Shown here: in pieces, positions 1 to 9,708 of the stretch
Layout of the letters: each line of letters opens with the position of its first letter
Position numbering within the stretch: the first letter of the stretch is position 1
Assembly: GCA_963799775.1 (NCBI GenBank)
Contig: CAWCYD010000003.1
Span: 1,632,001-1,696,000 of the forward strand
Direction: 5' to 3'
Length of the DNA stretch: 64,000 nucleotides
Origin: an uncultured archaeon
Lineage (GTDB): Archaea; Thermoproteota; Nitrososphaeria; Nitrososphaerales; Gagatemarchaeaceae
Notes under the pieces: model-generated
Told to the model about the DNA's origin: nothing
Seen by the model: the letters and a program-made list of their open reading frames with translations, nothing else
The model's database searches: none
Translations under genes and position numbers: made by a program

Positions 1-2
1 CC

Positions 3-218
3 TACTCGGTCAGGTCCGAAGACACAACCCTCTTCCCGAACGACAGTGCAGCCATCAACGCGAATCTCTTCTTCGCGGGGAACAGCCACTTGTTAGGACG
101 ATTCAATGGGACGGTAGCCGCGTCCTACACCTACGTCAATCAGCGTGGAACTTGGATAATCTCTAGTGAAGACTCGAATTATACAAGCTTAGATGTGCAA
201 TACAGTTTTGAGGGCTAA
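3..218 (+). CDS. C-terminal part of a probable secreted hypothetical protein (truncated by window edge)
   Basis: Open frame 3 ...AAINANLFFAGNSHLLGRFNGTVAASYTYVNQRGTWII...FEG* ending TAA at 216-218. Confidence 0.5.
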   Translation, partial: YSVRSEDTTLFPNDSAAINANLFFAGNSHLLGRFNGTVAASYTYVNQRGTWIISSEDSNYTSLDVQYSFEG

Positions 219-296
219 TCAGACGGAATCAATCCCGTCAATCAACCTCTTTCAGACGACGACGGTGAACCGACCTCTAAAGCCCACAACATCGAG

Positions 297-749
297 CTAG
301 CCAGTCGTCGTCACGTAGGTGGTCGTCGTCACCGTCGACGTATTACCTTGGCATTCCCAACTGGTTACGGTCTGGTCGAAGTGGGTCGTGGTCTCGTACT
401 TCGTGACGGTCTTGGTGGATGCGGTCTGAGTGTTGTTGAAAGATGTGATCGTTAGGGTCGTAGTAGTGGTCGTGTAGCCAGGAGTGGTGCAGATGGTGGT
501 TATCGTCGCGATCCCCGTTGCTGACGTGGTCAATGTCTGTGTGACATACTCGGTCTCAATCCTCTGCTGTGGGGTCGAATTGGCCAAACTCGGCAGGCTC
601 TGGTTCGAAGCGGCGGTGAACACATACTCCTCTACCAAGTTGGGCGAAATTGCCGAAGTCGAAGGTGCTGGACTTGGGGCGAGAGCGTACCCCGCCAGCC
701 AGGCGACGGCCAGAACGACCACAACTGCGATGACTGAAACTAGGCGCAT
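297..749 (-). CDS. Secreted/membrane-anchored Thr-rich hypothetical protein
   Basis: N-terminal hydrophobic helix, Thr-rich body, two Cys. Confidence 0.65.
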   Translation of the reverse strand: MRLVSVIAVVVVLAVAWLAGYALAPSPAPSTSAISPNLVEEYVFTAASNQSLPSLANSTPQQRIETEYVTQTLTTSATGIATITTICTTPGYTTTTTTLTITSFNNTQTASTKTVTKYETTTHFDQTVTSWECQGNTSTVTTTTYVTTTG

Positions 750-840
750 GAGTTCGAGTCGGAATGATCAACTGCCTCTTGGAAAACCATTGCCGAACCG
801 AATTTGTTCGCGCTTGACTAGAAGCGCCCAGCCATTGTTG

Positions 841-1557
841 TCAACCATTTACCACCGTGAAATGCAGGAAGACTAGCGTGCCCCATTCATCTCCGGCTAC
901 GACTGTGTAGACTCCAGGCGCGAAGGTTGTTACGCTGGTGTCAGTCCCGTTGTAATACCCATGGAAGCTGGCGGTGGCTGATATGGCGACGTAGTCGCAT
1001 CGGATGGTATCGCAATCGGGCAGGAAGCCCGCGATGTCGCTTGAAGGCTGGAAAAGATACCCACTGAGGGTGAGAAAGCCTGGACACCCGTAGATTCCAG
1101 GTGCGTAGAGACCAAGCCACTGCGCAGAGGAGACGTTCCCCGCAACGTAGTTTCCTTGAGCGATCGCCCACCCCATAGGATAGTCAACGGTCCCGCACGG
1201 CCCCGTTGAGAAGATGTGCGCTCCGCCAGCCTCCTTCAGGGCCCAGTTGTTTGAGGAAGTGACGTTGTTGCTCTCGGGAAGAGGATTGCTCTCGCCGACG
1301 CTGACGGAGATGCTCTCGCCGACTTGAATCGTCTTCGCGTTCAAAGATAGAGTCAGCGCCAGGCCGCTTGCGGAGCGCGACGAGACGGATGGGTAGTTCG
1401 GTGCGGAAGTCGTGGTTGAGATGGTTGTCGAGTTTAGGCTGCTTCCTGACTGCTGCGCCAATGAAATCACCCCCAGAGTCCCGACAAGGACGACGATGAC
1501 TATCGCGAATGCCCAGACAGCCTTGGCCAAGCCTGCTCTTCGAGGAGTCATGGTCAC
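841..1557 (-). CDS. Secreted hypothetical protein (signal anchor, S/T linker, Cys-containing beta domain)
   Basis: N-terminal TM, Ser/Thr linker, C-terminal 'PGVYTVVAGDEWG' beta-sandwich-like end. Confidence 0.7.
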   Translation of the reverse strand: MTMTPRRAGLAKAVWAFAIVIVVLVGTLGVISLAQQSGSSLNSTTISTTTSAPNYPSVSSRSASGLALTLSLNAKTIQVGESISVSVGESNPLPESNNVTSSNNWALKEAGGAHIFSTGPCGTVDYPMGWAIAQGNYVAGNVSSAQWLGLYAPGIYGCPGFLTLSGYLFQPSSDIAGFLPDCDTIRCDYVAISATASFHGYYNGTDTSVTTFAPGVYTVVAGDEWGTLVFLHFTVVNG

Positions 1558-1713
1558 AAAGGTAACAATCCTTCTAAAAGGGATTTGTCCGAACAGGGCT
1601 TGGCCGCAAACAGCGAGCCCGAGTCGAGCGATTTTGGCTGAGCAGAAGTTAACAATATCGCCAGCTAGGAAGTCTTATATCGTTGTCCTTCTCGTTGAAC
1701 GAGATGACCATCG

Positions 1714-1923
1714 ATGGAGACAGTGAAGGTATCGAAGAAGTACCAGGTCGTGATACCTGAGAAGCTGCGCGAGGACGCGAAGATCCGACCAGGAGACAAG
1801 ATGTTGGCGATATCGAAGCACGGCATACTCCAATACATCCCTGTGCGCCCGATTGGTAAAACGAAAGGCATGGCGACCGGCATCGATACTAAGGGCCTCC
1901 GTGACGAGCTGGAACGTGCGTGA
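1714..1923 (+). CDS. vapB: AbrB/MazE-type antitoxin (VapB)
   Basis: 'VKVSKKYQVVIPEKLRE...IRPGD' AbrB fold motif; overlaps downstream PIN gene by 4 nt. Confidence 0.9.
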   Translation: METVKVSKKYQVVIPEKLREDAKIRPGDKMLAISKHGILQYIPVRPIGKTKGMATGIDTKGLRDELERA

Positions 1924-2291
1924 TCTGCATAGACAGCTACGGATGGATCGAGCGGTTCACCAACGGTCCAAGGGCATCCCGTTACAACGCGATAATCGAC
2001 CGCGCGCCGGCCGAGGAGATAGTCACGTCCACGATAGTCCTCTACGAGGTCTACAAGAGGGTCAAGCAAGTGAAAGGCGAGGAGCTTGCGCTTCAGGCAG
2101 TAGCGGCACTGAGCGAAACAAAGGTAGTGGAGGTTGATCAGACCATTTCCCTGGAGGCCGCAGACTACAGCCTAGAGCATGATCTTCACATGTCTGACGC
2201 GTTGGTTTATGCGACCGCTCGCCATCATGATGCGGAGCTCTATACGAGCGATGAGGACTTGCGCGAGCTGAAATCGGTCACGTTCATCTGA
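1920..2291 (+). CDS. vapC: PIN-domain toxin (VapC)
   Basis: 'IDSYGWIE', 'VLYE', 'SDALVYATA', 'TSDEDL' acidic PIN motifs. Confidence 0.92.
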   Translation: MICIDSYGWIERFTNGPRASRYNAIIDRAPAEEIVTSTIVLYEVYKRVKQVKGEELALQAVAALSETKVVEVDQTISLEAADYSLEHDLHMSDALVYATARHHDAELYTSDEDLRELKSVTFI

Positions 2292-2311
2292 AGGCCTCAC
2301 GACGGGAAGTC

Positions 2312-2983
2312 CTAGTCTCCCGTCACAAGAGCCACAGCGAAGCCGTCGTAGCCCTTGCTGCTCACGGTGGGGATAGCGGTGGCGCTCACCCGCATCTCAG
2401 ACCCGATGAACTCGAGCAGGCGGCGGTGCCCGAGGACCGCTGGATCCTTGCTCCTTGAATTGAGGACTTCGCCGTCGCGCACCACGTTGTCCACGACGAT
2501 GAGACTGCCGGGTCGGGAGAGATTGAGGGCCCAGGCAAAGTATTCCGCGTAGTTCTCCTTGTCCGCGTCGATGAAGGTAAGGTCGAAAGGACCGGCTCCC
2601 TCCGAGACAAGACGCGGTAGCGACTCTAGCGCCGGCCCGAGACGAACCTCGATATTCGAGAGCCCCGCCCTGGCGATGTTCTTCCTGGCGACTTTGGCGT
2701 GTTTCGCGTCGATTTCGAGCGTGATGAGGCTGCCCCCTGGCTGAAGCGCGCGGGCGAGCCAGATTGTGCTGTAGCCTCCAAGCGTCCCTATCTCCAGGAT
2801 GGACCTTGCCTTCACTGACCGCGCCAGAATCCAGAGCAGTTTGCCCTCGCTGGCAGTGATGTTGATTGGGGGCAGTCCTGAAGCAGAGCTTGCCTCTATT
2901 GCTGCGTCAAGGGCCTCATCGGAGCCGACGAGTTCGCCAGTGAGGAACCTCTCGACCGCGGCCCATTTCTTGACGTCCATCAA
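2312..2983 (-). CDS. O-methyltransferase (Methyltransf_3 / caffeoyl-CoA OMT-like)
   Basis: 'ILEIGTLGGYS', 'FDLTFIDADK', 'VVDNV' motifs. Confidence 0.92.
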   Translation of the reverse strand: MMDVKKWAAVERFLTGELVGSDEALDAAIEASSASGLPPINITASEGKLLWILARSVKARSILEIGTLGGYSTIWLARALQPGGSLITLEIDAKHAKVARKNIARAGLSNIEVRLGPALESLPRLVSEGAGPFDLTFIDADKENYAEYFAWALNLSRPGSLIVVDNVVRDGEVLNSRSKDPAVLGHRRLLEFIGSEMRVSATAIPTVSSKGYDGFAVALVTGD

Positions 2984-3025
2984 CCACCTGGATGTCGAGG
3001 TACGGGATATTAAGCTCGGGGCGCT

Positions 3026-3385
3026 CTAGACGGCGAGAATCGCATCGACCTTTCTCAATTCATTGGAGACAGGGTCAAACTCCATGCCCATGCCCTCCAG
3101 CGCATGGACGCCGAGCACCTCCTCGTCTCCTTCCTCGGCGAAAACGACGATGGCCGTGACCCTTTCGCCTCCGTAGTCCATCACCACCTCCCCGATTTGG
3201 CGTTTGAGGATTCGATGGTCAACAGTCCGAAAGTTCCTTTCCCTAGTTGGCTGGATGGAAAGGTCTGCTAGAACTCTCCTATCAATCCAGGTGTACGTCG
3301 AGCCTGTGTCAACAAGCAGTCTTACCTTCTTCTTGGCGGTTAGGTCATCTTTGTAGATTGTTGCTTCGACGAACGTGTGGCCCAA
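3026..3385 (-). CDS. Clan AA (retropepsin-like) aspartyl protease
   Basis: 'LLVDTGSTYT' and 'VLGVHALE' motifs; likely TTG start at 3385 (MGHTFVEA). Confidence 0.85.
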   Translation of the reverse strand: MGHTFVEATIYKDDLTAKKKVRLLVDTGSTYTWIDRRVLADLSIQPTRERNFRTVDHRILKRQIGEVVMDYGGERVTAIVVFAEEGDEEVLGVHALEGMGMEFDPVSNELRKVDAILAV

Positions 3386-3461
3386 ACTAATCCACTCTCT
3401 ATGCTCATGATGTATATTAGCCCCTTTCTCATCAAGCTTTGTAGGAGTCTGCTTTCCGAGC

Positions 3462-3980
3462 TTGAACGTCTTCGTCATCGACTACGGCCAGGACGACCCC
3501 GCAAAGTGCACCGCGAAGAAGATGGCGCACATCGGGCTGGCCACCGAGGTCACAAGGAAGTTCCACGCCTCCAACACCACCATCGTGCTCAACCCCTTCT
3601 CCGGCCAGCTCCTCACCCCGGAGGACGCGAGCTGCAAGTCTATCCTGGCGATTGACTGCTCGTGGAACCAGGCCCAGGAGGTCTTCTTCAGGAAGATAGG
3701 CGGGAAGCATAGGAGGCTCCCGGCGCTGCTCGCTGCGAACCCCACTAATTATTCAAGGCTGGGAATCCTCAGCTCAGTCGAGGCCGTCGCGGCGACGCTC
3801 TTCATCGTCGGGGAGCCAGAGGAGGCAAGAAGATACCTTGCGTTGTATAAATGGGGCCCGACATTTGAAACCCTGAATCACGACCCGTTGGAGGAATATG
3901 CTAGGGCGACTTCCGAGATGGAGATAGACGCAATCGAGAGGAGCTTCTTCCCCCAACTTCACATGGCCCAGGAACGCTAG
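3462..3980 (+). CDS. tsr3: 16S rRNA aminocarboxypropyltransferase Tsr3 (DUF367)
   Basis: 'QDDPAKCTAKK', 'IDCSW', 'RRLPALLAANPTNY', 'LSSVEA', 'KWGPTF'. Confidence 0.93.
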   Translation: MNVFVIDYGQDDPAKCTAKKMAHIGLATEVTRKFHASNTTIVLNPFSGQLLTPEDASCKSILAIDCSWNQAQEVFFRKIGGKHRRLPALLAANPTNYSRLGILSSVEAVAATLFIVGEPEEARRYLALYKWGPTFETLNHDPLEEYARATSEMEIDAIERSFFPQLHMAQER

Positions 3981-4141
3981 GTCCCGTCAGGCCACAGCTT
4001 CCTCTTCAGGTCGATTTTCTCTTCGAGTTGCCTCACCCATTCTGGGAACGCCTCTGGTGCCCTATACCACGAAATCAGCAACCTTTTCGTGTAGGCAGCT
4101 TCAACGTTTGCGATCAGCGCGTGCAGTTCTTCGCTTGACAT
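3977..4141 (-). CDS. Small hypothetical protein (54 aa)
   Basis: Read manually: MSSEELHALIANVEAAYTKRLLISWYRAPEAFPEWVRQLEEKIDLKRKLWPDGT*. Confidence 0.35.
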   Translation of the reverse strand: MSSEELHALIANVEAAYTKRLLISWYRAPEAFPEWVRQLEEKIDLKRKLWPDGT

Positions 4142-4316
4142 TCAAGCTCCCTTTCACAGCCCTCTCCGCCCTTTCCTCGTACCATTTCATCGGTTTTTTC
4201 AGCGCATCCTTGAGTAGCCTTTCGAACTCCTCATCTTGAGGTATGCTGACTACATGCTCGTCTCATGTTCCTAAATCTCGTGGAGCTAGATAAACACCCA
4301 CAAACCTGTTCCTAAG

Positions 4317-5502
4317 CAGTATCTCCGAATGAGTGCGGATTTTAGCCGTCGCTCAACAAGTTATGATTTTGGGGCGTAGGGAGTCTTCACCCCGAAGCCT
4401 CAGCTATGATCTCCAATCATCTAGCCAGAGGCTTCGATACCGTCATGATGCGATGCCTGCCCCAGCTACTGTGCTTCGAGGTGAAGCCCAGCTACTTGTA
4501 CACGAAGGCGGACTATATCCGTCTCCTTGTCAACTCGTCTGTACTCAATGCCTACGCGGAAGGAATGAGCAACGTCTCCAATAAGTTTGGAGCCGGGGTA
4601 CCGAACTCCGACACCGCGCTTATGCGCTTCAAGAGCATCGAGAGATACGAGCTCCAGAGCGTCGTCTCCATCGTCCTCGAGGAGCAGGTAGGCGAGCTGA
4701 AGAGAAAGGGGTTGCTGAAGAGACCGGTCCCGATTGCGTTTGATTGGCACGACCAGATGTTTTATGGCGATAATGAGACCGACATGGTCAACGGGACGAG
4801 GCCAAAGGCCGGCTCTTGCTACGCTTACCAGTACCTCACCGCGAGCATCCTCGCCGATGGGAGGAGGCTCACGATCGTCCTGACGCCCATCAAGAGCAGG
4901 GAGTATCTCTTGGATTACATCGAGGACGCCCTCAACCGGATAAGGAACATGGGAATCAGGGTTAGGTATCTCCTCTTCGATGGAGGGTTCTCATCGCTCG
5001 AGCTCCCCTCTTGGCTCCAGGAGAACGGATACCTGTATGCAATCCATTTCACGCCCAACCGGCTGACGAAGAGGATCGACCTCAAGGACGGTCAATCTGT
5101 CTCCTATCCTTGCGACAGACCGTTCAAGCTCGTCAGGGTCGACGACGAGGAGACGAAGATCAGCTACCTCTTCGCCACGAACATGTCGTGCAGGCCGAAG
5201 CGCCTGCTGAAGCGTTACAAGACCCGTTGGGGAGTGGAGACCGCCTACAGAGAGCACAACATCTTCCTTCCGAGGACGAAATCGAAGAGCTTCACGGTTA
5301 GGCTACTCTACTACGCGGTGGCAGTATGCCTATACAACGCATGGTGCATCCTGAACTCTTCAGAGCGCAACGACAATGGAGAGGACGGACGCGACGATGA
5401 AGAGCATATCATCGCATTGGAGGTCAAGGTCTCCCTCCTCCTCACATTCCTAATCCCATTGGCAACCTGACGGAGGTGACCCTATGTCATTCGGAGATAC
5501 TG
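4317..5502 (+). mobile_element. ISH3-family insertion sequence, 1186 bp
   Basis: Perfect 16-bp TIR CAGTATCTCCGAATGA (4317-4332 / 5487-5502); 4-bp TSD TAAG (4313-4316 / 5503-5506). Confidence 0.92.
4406..5470 (+). CDS. ISH3-family DDE transposase
   Basis: 'IAFDWHD.MFYG', 'LLFDGGF', 'YKTRWGVETAYR' (YREK-like) motifs. Confidence 0.9.
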   Translation: MISNHLARGFDTVMMRCLPQLLCFEVKPSYLYTKADYIRLLVNSSVLNAYAEGMSNVSNKFGAGVPNSDTALMRFKSIERYELQSVVSIVLEEQVGELKRKGLLKRPVPIAFDWHDQMFYGDNETDMVNGTRPKAGSCYAYQYLTASILADGRRLTIVLTPIKSREYLLDYIEDALNRIRNMGIRVRYLLFDGGFSSLELPSWLQENGYLYAIHFTPNRLTKRIDLKDGQSVSYPCDRPFKLVRVDDEETKISYLFATNMSCRPKRLLKRYKTRWGVETAYREHNIFLPRTKSKSFTVRLLYYAVAVCLYNAWCILNSSERNDNGEDGRDDEEHIIALEVKVSLLLTFLIPLAT

Positions 5503-5520
5503 TAAGCGCCTCTGAGCGGG

Positions 5521-5530
5521 AAAGTATTAA
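5521..5530 (+). promoter_or_regulatory. BRE/TATA of RNase P RNA gene
   Basis: AAAGTATTAA about 25 nt upstream of predicted 5' end. Confidence 0.55.
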
Positions 5531-5552
5531 TCCCCAGGCGGTTTGTGAGGAG

Positions 5553-5851
5553 TGACGCGAGCCGGTGAGCGGGCCACGGGGACCTCCTGGGGAAGTTCCT
5601 CCCTCGCTGCAGGATGCACGACGCCGAGAGACGTAGCTGGAGACGGCTGGCAACAGAACAGAAACGAGACCCGTCCCGTTTAACGCGATGATGGAGAAAT
5701 CCTGAGGTCGGCGGAGACGGGATGAAACGGCTGACCCGTGCAGAGCAAGGCCGAACATGGTCGACGACGCGCCTGCACCAATGACCAAGGTGGGCCGCAT
5801 TAGCTGAATCCCGCCTAAAACAAAAGGAGGACTACGGCCGGGGACGTGTCA
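5553..5851 (+). ncRNA. rnpB: Archaeal RNase P RNA
   Basis: Conserved regions GGGGAAGTTCCTCC (P4 5'), CAGAAAC, GATGAAACGGC, GAGCAAGGCC, TAGCTGAAT, AACAAAAGGAGGACTA (P4 3'); ends approximate. Confidence 0.9.
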
Positions 5852-5979
5852 ACGTCGGTGGGAGGGGGCGCAAACCCCCCCTTCCTCCGTCATCCTTCCC
5901 AAGGAGGCATGCCCCCGAGCAACAATCCTACAGAGGCTTAAGAACAGGCGCCCGTATCCATCTACCCTAGCAGGACGCC

Positions 5980-6704
5980 ATGTCATCCGAAGAGCACACG
6001 GAGGTTCTCGAGGGCATCGACAGGATAATCGGCGTCCTGCTCAAGTTCTACTCCAACGCGTCGAGGGTGGACATCCTCGCGGGGTTCGACGACGTGCGCA
6101 AGTCTCCGGACAGGCGGCCCCTCCTCCGGGCCTATGGCGACCTCGGCAAGAGAAAGGTGAAGGTCAGGGCCATCACAAGGATAACCAGCGGCAACCTCCA
6201 GTACCTTGCCTACCTCACGGAGCTCATCGGCAAAGTCGAGTTCAAGCACCTGGACGACGTGAGAGGGGCGTTCGCAGTGAGCGACAAGGAATACGTCGTG
6301 AGCCCGAGCGCGGAGCTCCTCTCGACGCGCCACACGAAGGCCGTGTTCAGCAACGCGCAGGCGCTCGTCACGCAGCAGCAGCTCCTCTTCGACACGCTCT
6401 GGGGGATGGCAAAGCCGATGCAGGCCCGGCTCAAGGAGATCAATCGGGGGACGCCGGCGCAGCTGCCCTCAGCGACTCCCTGGTCATCCTGAAGCTTCTC
6501 GGGAACGACAAGCTCCCTCCCTCGACGATCTACTCGACCTCGGGCCTTGCGATGGGGGACGCGCAGGCGGCCATAGCGCGCCTGTTGCAGGACGGCCTGG
6601 TCGTGATGGGCTCCGACGGGTTCACGAGCCTCCTAGAGGCAACCCCAAAGGGGCTCGAGGTCGTCAAGCAGGGCTGGAAGTCTCTGCTCGACGTCAGGGC
6701 GTGA
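5980..6704 (+). CDS. TrmB-like sensor domain fused to C-terminal winged-HTH (frameshift ~6465)
   Basis: 'VKVRAITRIT..N','FKHLD.VRGAFAVSDKEY','QQLLFDTLW..AKP', then in another frame LSDSLVILKLL...RLLQDGLV...EATPKGLEV ending TGA 6704. Confidence 0.7.
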
Positions 6705-6710
6705 GGCGCG

Positions 6711-7502
6711 CTAGGACTCTCTGGCGGGGCGGAGCGAAGTCTTCCTCGGCCTGCAGTAGAGGCCCTCGACCCCCGTCATCATGAGCTTCCCCGCGTTCTG
6801 GGCGCCTGCCTGCTCCTGGGTCACCCCCTCGCTCTTGTGGTCCCACGAGTACTTCTCCATCCTCTCGTTGAGCACCGTGTCGACGGCTCCCAGGCGTGCG
6901 AGCTCGGACTTGACAAGCAGCGACCAGGTCGCCTCGGGGTTCTTCAGGCCCGACGATGGGAGGAGCCTCATAACCGAGACAAAGTGCGGGACGCAGAGCG
7001 CGTCCGACTTGGCATACCTGTCGGCGAGATCGTTCCCCTCGAGGAGCTTGAGGAGGCTGGCTATCCTCTCCTTGTCGGACCTCAGGAGCTTCTCGCAGAC
7101 GGGGCAGACCGACTGGCCGTAGAGCGTCCTCTCGAGCTTGCCTATCACCGAGGTCATCTGCTCCTTCCCGAACCCGCCCGAGCTCCCCTTCACTTCTGCA
7201 AGGAGCGCGGTGATGTCCCCGTCGATCTTCTTCAGGACGAGCTGGGCGCTCGACGCTCCGCCGAACGACGCGTCGCCCTTTGACGAGGTGGCCCTCTGGA
7301 TGACGTAGGTGTGCCTGTTGCAGAAGCCCGTCGACGCTATGATCTTCTCCCTCATCTCGGAGTTGGAGCGGGCGCCGTCGTTGGCTATCATGGCGACCAT
7401 CGCCTCCTCGTCGCGCGTCCAGAGGGAGCATAGGGTGCAACCGCGCTTGCCCTCGGAAATCGCTTCTGATACCTCGTTGGTGAGGCTGCTCATGCTCGCC
7501 AT
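6711..7502 (-). CDS. DUF6062-like Cys/His metal-binding protein
   Basis: Two internal repeats of CxxC...(F/L)CxxH (GCTLC/FCNRH; CPVC/LCVPH). Confidence 0.65.
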   Translation of the reverse strand: MASMSSLTNEVSEAISEGKRGCTLCSLWTRDEEAMVAMIANDGARSNSEMREKIIASTGFCNRHTYVIQRATSSKGDASFGGASSAQLVLKKIDGDITALLAEVKGSSGGFGKEQMTSVIGKLERTLYGQSVCPVCEKLLRSDKERIASLLKLLEGNDLADRYAKSDALCVPHFVSVMRLLPSSGLKNPEATWSLLVKSELARLGAVDTVLNERMEKYSWDHKSEGVTQEQAGAQNAGKLMMTGVEGLYCRPRKTSLRPARES

Positions 7503-7506
7503 GTTC

Positions 7507-8290
7507 TCACTTGGCCGGGACCGGCGCGACCTCCGTCAGCGGGTTGGGCGACTTCTTGGTGACGCAATACAACCCGTCCACTCCCGCGATCATGGCCGCG
7601 GCCATCTCGGGGGAGGCCTTGCCGCCTTCGGTGAGGAGGCGGTCGACCTCCTTCATGCACCTCAGCTCCGACTCTATTAATGAAACAGCGACCTTCTGCT
7701 TGTCGACCCTCCGCGTCTGGAGCATCTGCATCGCGGTGACAAAGTGTGGGAAGCAGATCCGGCCGCTTTTCTCGAACTTGTCGCGGAACTCGTCGTCGTG
7801 CCCGAGCATGTCGATGAAGCGTCCTCGCCCTCCTTCCGTCGATGAGGAGCAGCCTGCGGCAGATCTCGCATATCCTGGAGCCCTCCATCATCTTCCTCAA
7901 CTTCGCCGGGCTCTGCTCCAGGACGGCTTGCGGACCCCGCTCCTTGGAGAGGAAGTTCAGGGACTTGCGCGAGCCTGTGAAGGAGCCTTGCATGTCGGTC
8001 AGCTTCTCCATGAACATCTGGATCGTGTCCTCGGCGTACATTGCGTACCCCAGACCGTCGGGGATCCCGCCCGAGAAGACGACATTGTAGAGGGCGTTCA
8101 TGTGGTTGTTGCAGAAACCCGCGGAGTCCACGACGTCCTTCCTGAAGGCCTGGTCCATCGAGACCTCGTTGTCCTCCACTAGCTCCATCCCCTGGAACTC
8201 GTCCTTCTTCCAGAGATAGCACATGATGCACCCCTCGTTCCTCTCTAGAGACTCGAGGATGGGGACTGTGGCGGGGCTTATCTTGACCAT
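7507..8290 (-). CDS. DUF6062-like paralog (frameshift ~7815)
   Basis: GCIMC/FCNNH; CEIC/ICFPH; C-terminus 'AGVDGLYC' similar to neighbour 'TGVEGLYC'. Confidence 0.65.
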
Positions 8291-8438
8291 GGCGAGGACG
8301 AGCGCCTTTCTCTCATGTTGCGCTGAGAGTTAAGGCTATCGCGCAGGTCGCAAGGGACATCTGCGAAGCATGAAGTTCCTCCCGATTCGTCGTGGCAAAA
8401 TTAAGTAGCCTCCCCGCGGGCAGCCTCCACAGGTTTCT

Positions 8439-9708
8439 TTGAGCAAGTTCGCCCACATGTCAGACATCCACCTCGGGGCGCACCGAGAGCCCGCGCTCAA
8501 GGAGCTCGAGCGCAAGTGCTTCGCCGAGGCGATGGACATGTGCGTCAAAGAAGGGGTCGACTTCCTCCTGATCTCTGGCGACCTGTTCCACGTGGGGATA
8601 CCCGACCTGAGCGTGGTCAACGACGCCGTCAAGAAGATGAGGGAGCTGCGGGACGCGAAGATCCCCATCTACGCCATCTACGGGAGCCACGACTACACAC
8701 CCACGGGGACGTCAATCATCGACATCCTGGACACAGCCGGGATCCTCACCAATGTGATGCGCGCCCACGCCGCAGACGGGAAGCTCCGTCTCCAGATGTT
8801 CACCGACCCTGAGACAGGCGCCAAGCTCACCGGGATAGCCGCCAGGAAGGTCGGGCTCGAGAGCAAGCAGTACGAGATTCTCGACAAGGAGTCCCTCGAG
8901 AAGGAGACCGGGTTCAAGGTCTTCGCGTTCCACAGCGGTATAACTCAGTTCAAGCCGGACTACCTCAGCGAGATGGAGACCCTCGACATCAACGCTCTTC
9001 CCAAGGGGTTCGACTACTACGCGGGGGGGCACATCCACCAGAGGGGGGAGTACCACCTCCCCGGGTACCAGAGGGTGGTCTTCCCCGGGCCGCTGTTCAC
9101 GGGATACGGGGGGAATGAACCTCGAGATGACGGCACGGGGAGAAAGAAGGGGATTCTACGTGGTGGACTTCGACGATAGGTTCCGCTCGATGAGATTCCT
9201 CCCTGTCGAGGGGTTCCTCGGGGCGTACCTAGAGTGCGAAGTCGGGGGGATGAACTCGGCCGAGGCGAACAAGGAGCTCCAGGAGAAGGCGGCGCGGCTC
9301 GAGGCCAAGGGGAAGGTCGTTGTGATCAGGGTCGCGGGGGAGCTCGCTGGCGGGAAGACGACGGAGGTCGACCTCCACGCGGCGAGGAAGGTCGTGACGG
9401 AAAGGGGCGCGGTCTGCGTCTACGTCAACCGCAACGCCCTGACCTCCAGGGAGCAGGCGCAGGTCAAGGTCGCGGGGGAGGACGCTGCCACCATCGAGAG
9501 GAACCTGTTCAAGGAGGGCGCGGGCAAGCTCAGACTCTCGGCCAAGGAGCTGACAGGAGAGGGCGGGGCTGACCGCGCGGTCGAGCTCCTGAGGTTGCTG
9601 AGGCAAGGGCAGAGGTCGAACGAGCTGAAGAAGGACTACTCCAGGCGCGTGGTCGAGGCGGGAGCCCAGGCCCTGATCGCCAAGGAGCTCCTGGAGGAGC
9701 CGGCTTGA
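8439..9708 (+). CDS. mre11: DNA double-strand break repair nuclease Mre11 (frameshift ~9115)
   Basis: Phosphoesterase motifs SDIHLG, SGDLF, GSHD, FH, GGHIH; frameshift at G homopolymer. Confidence 0.92.
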
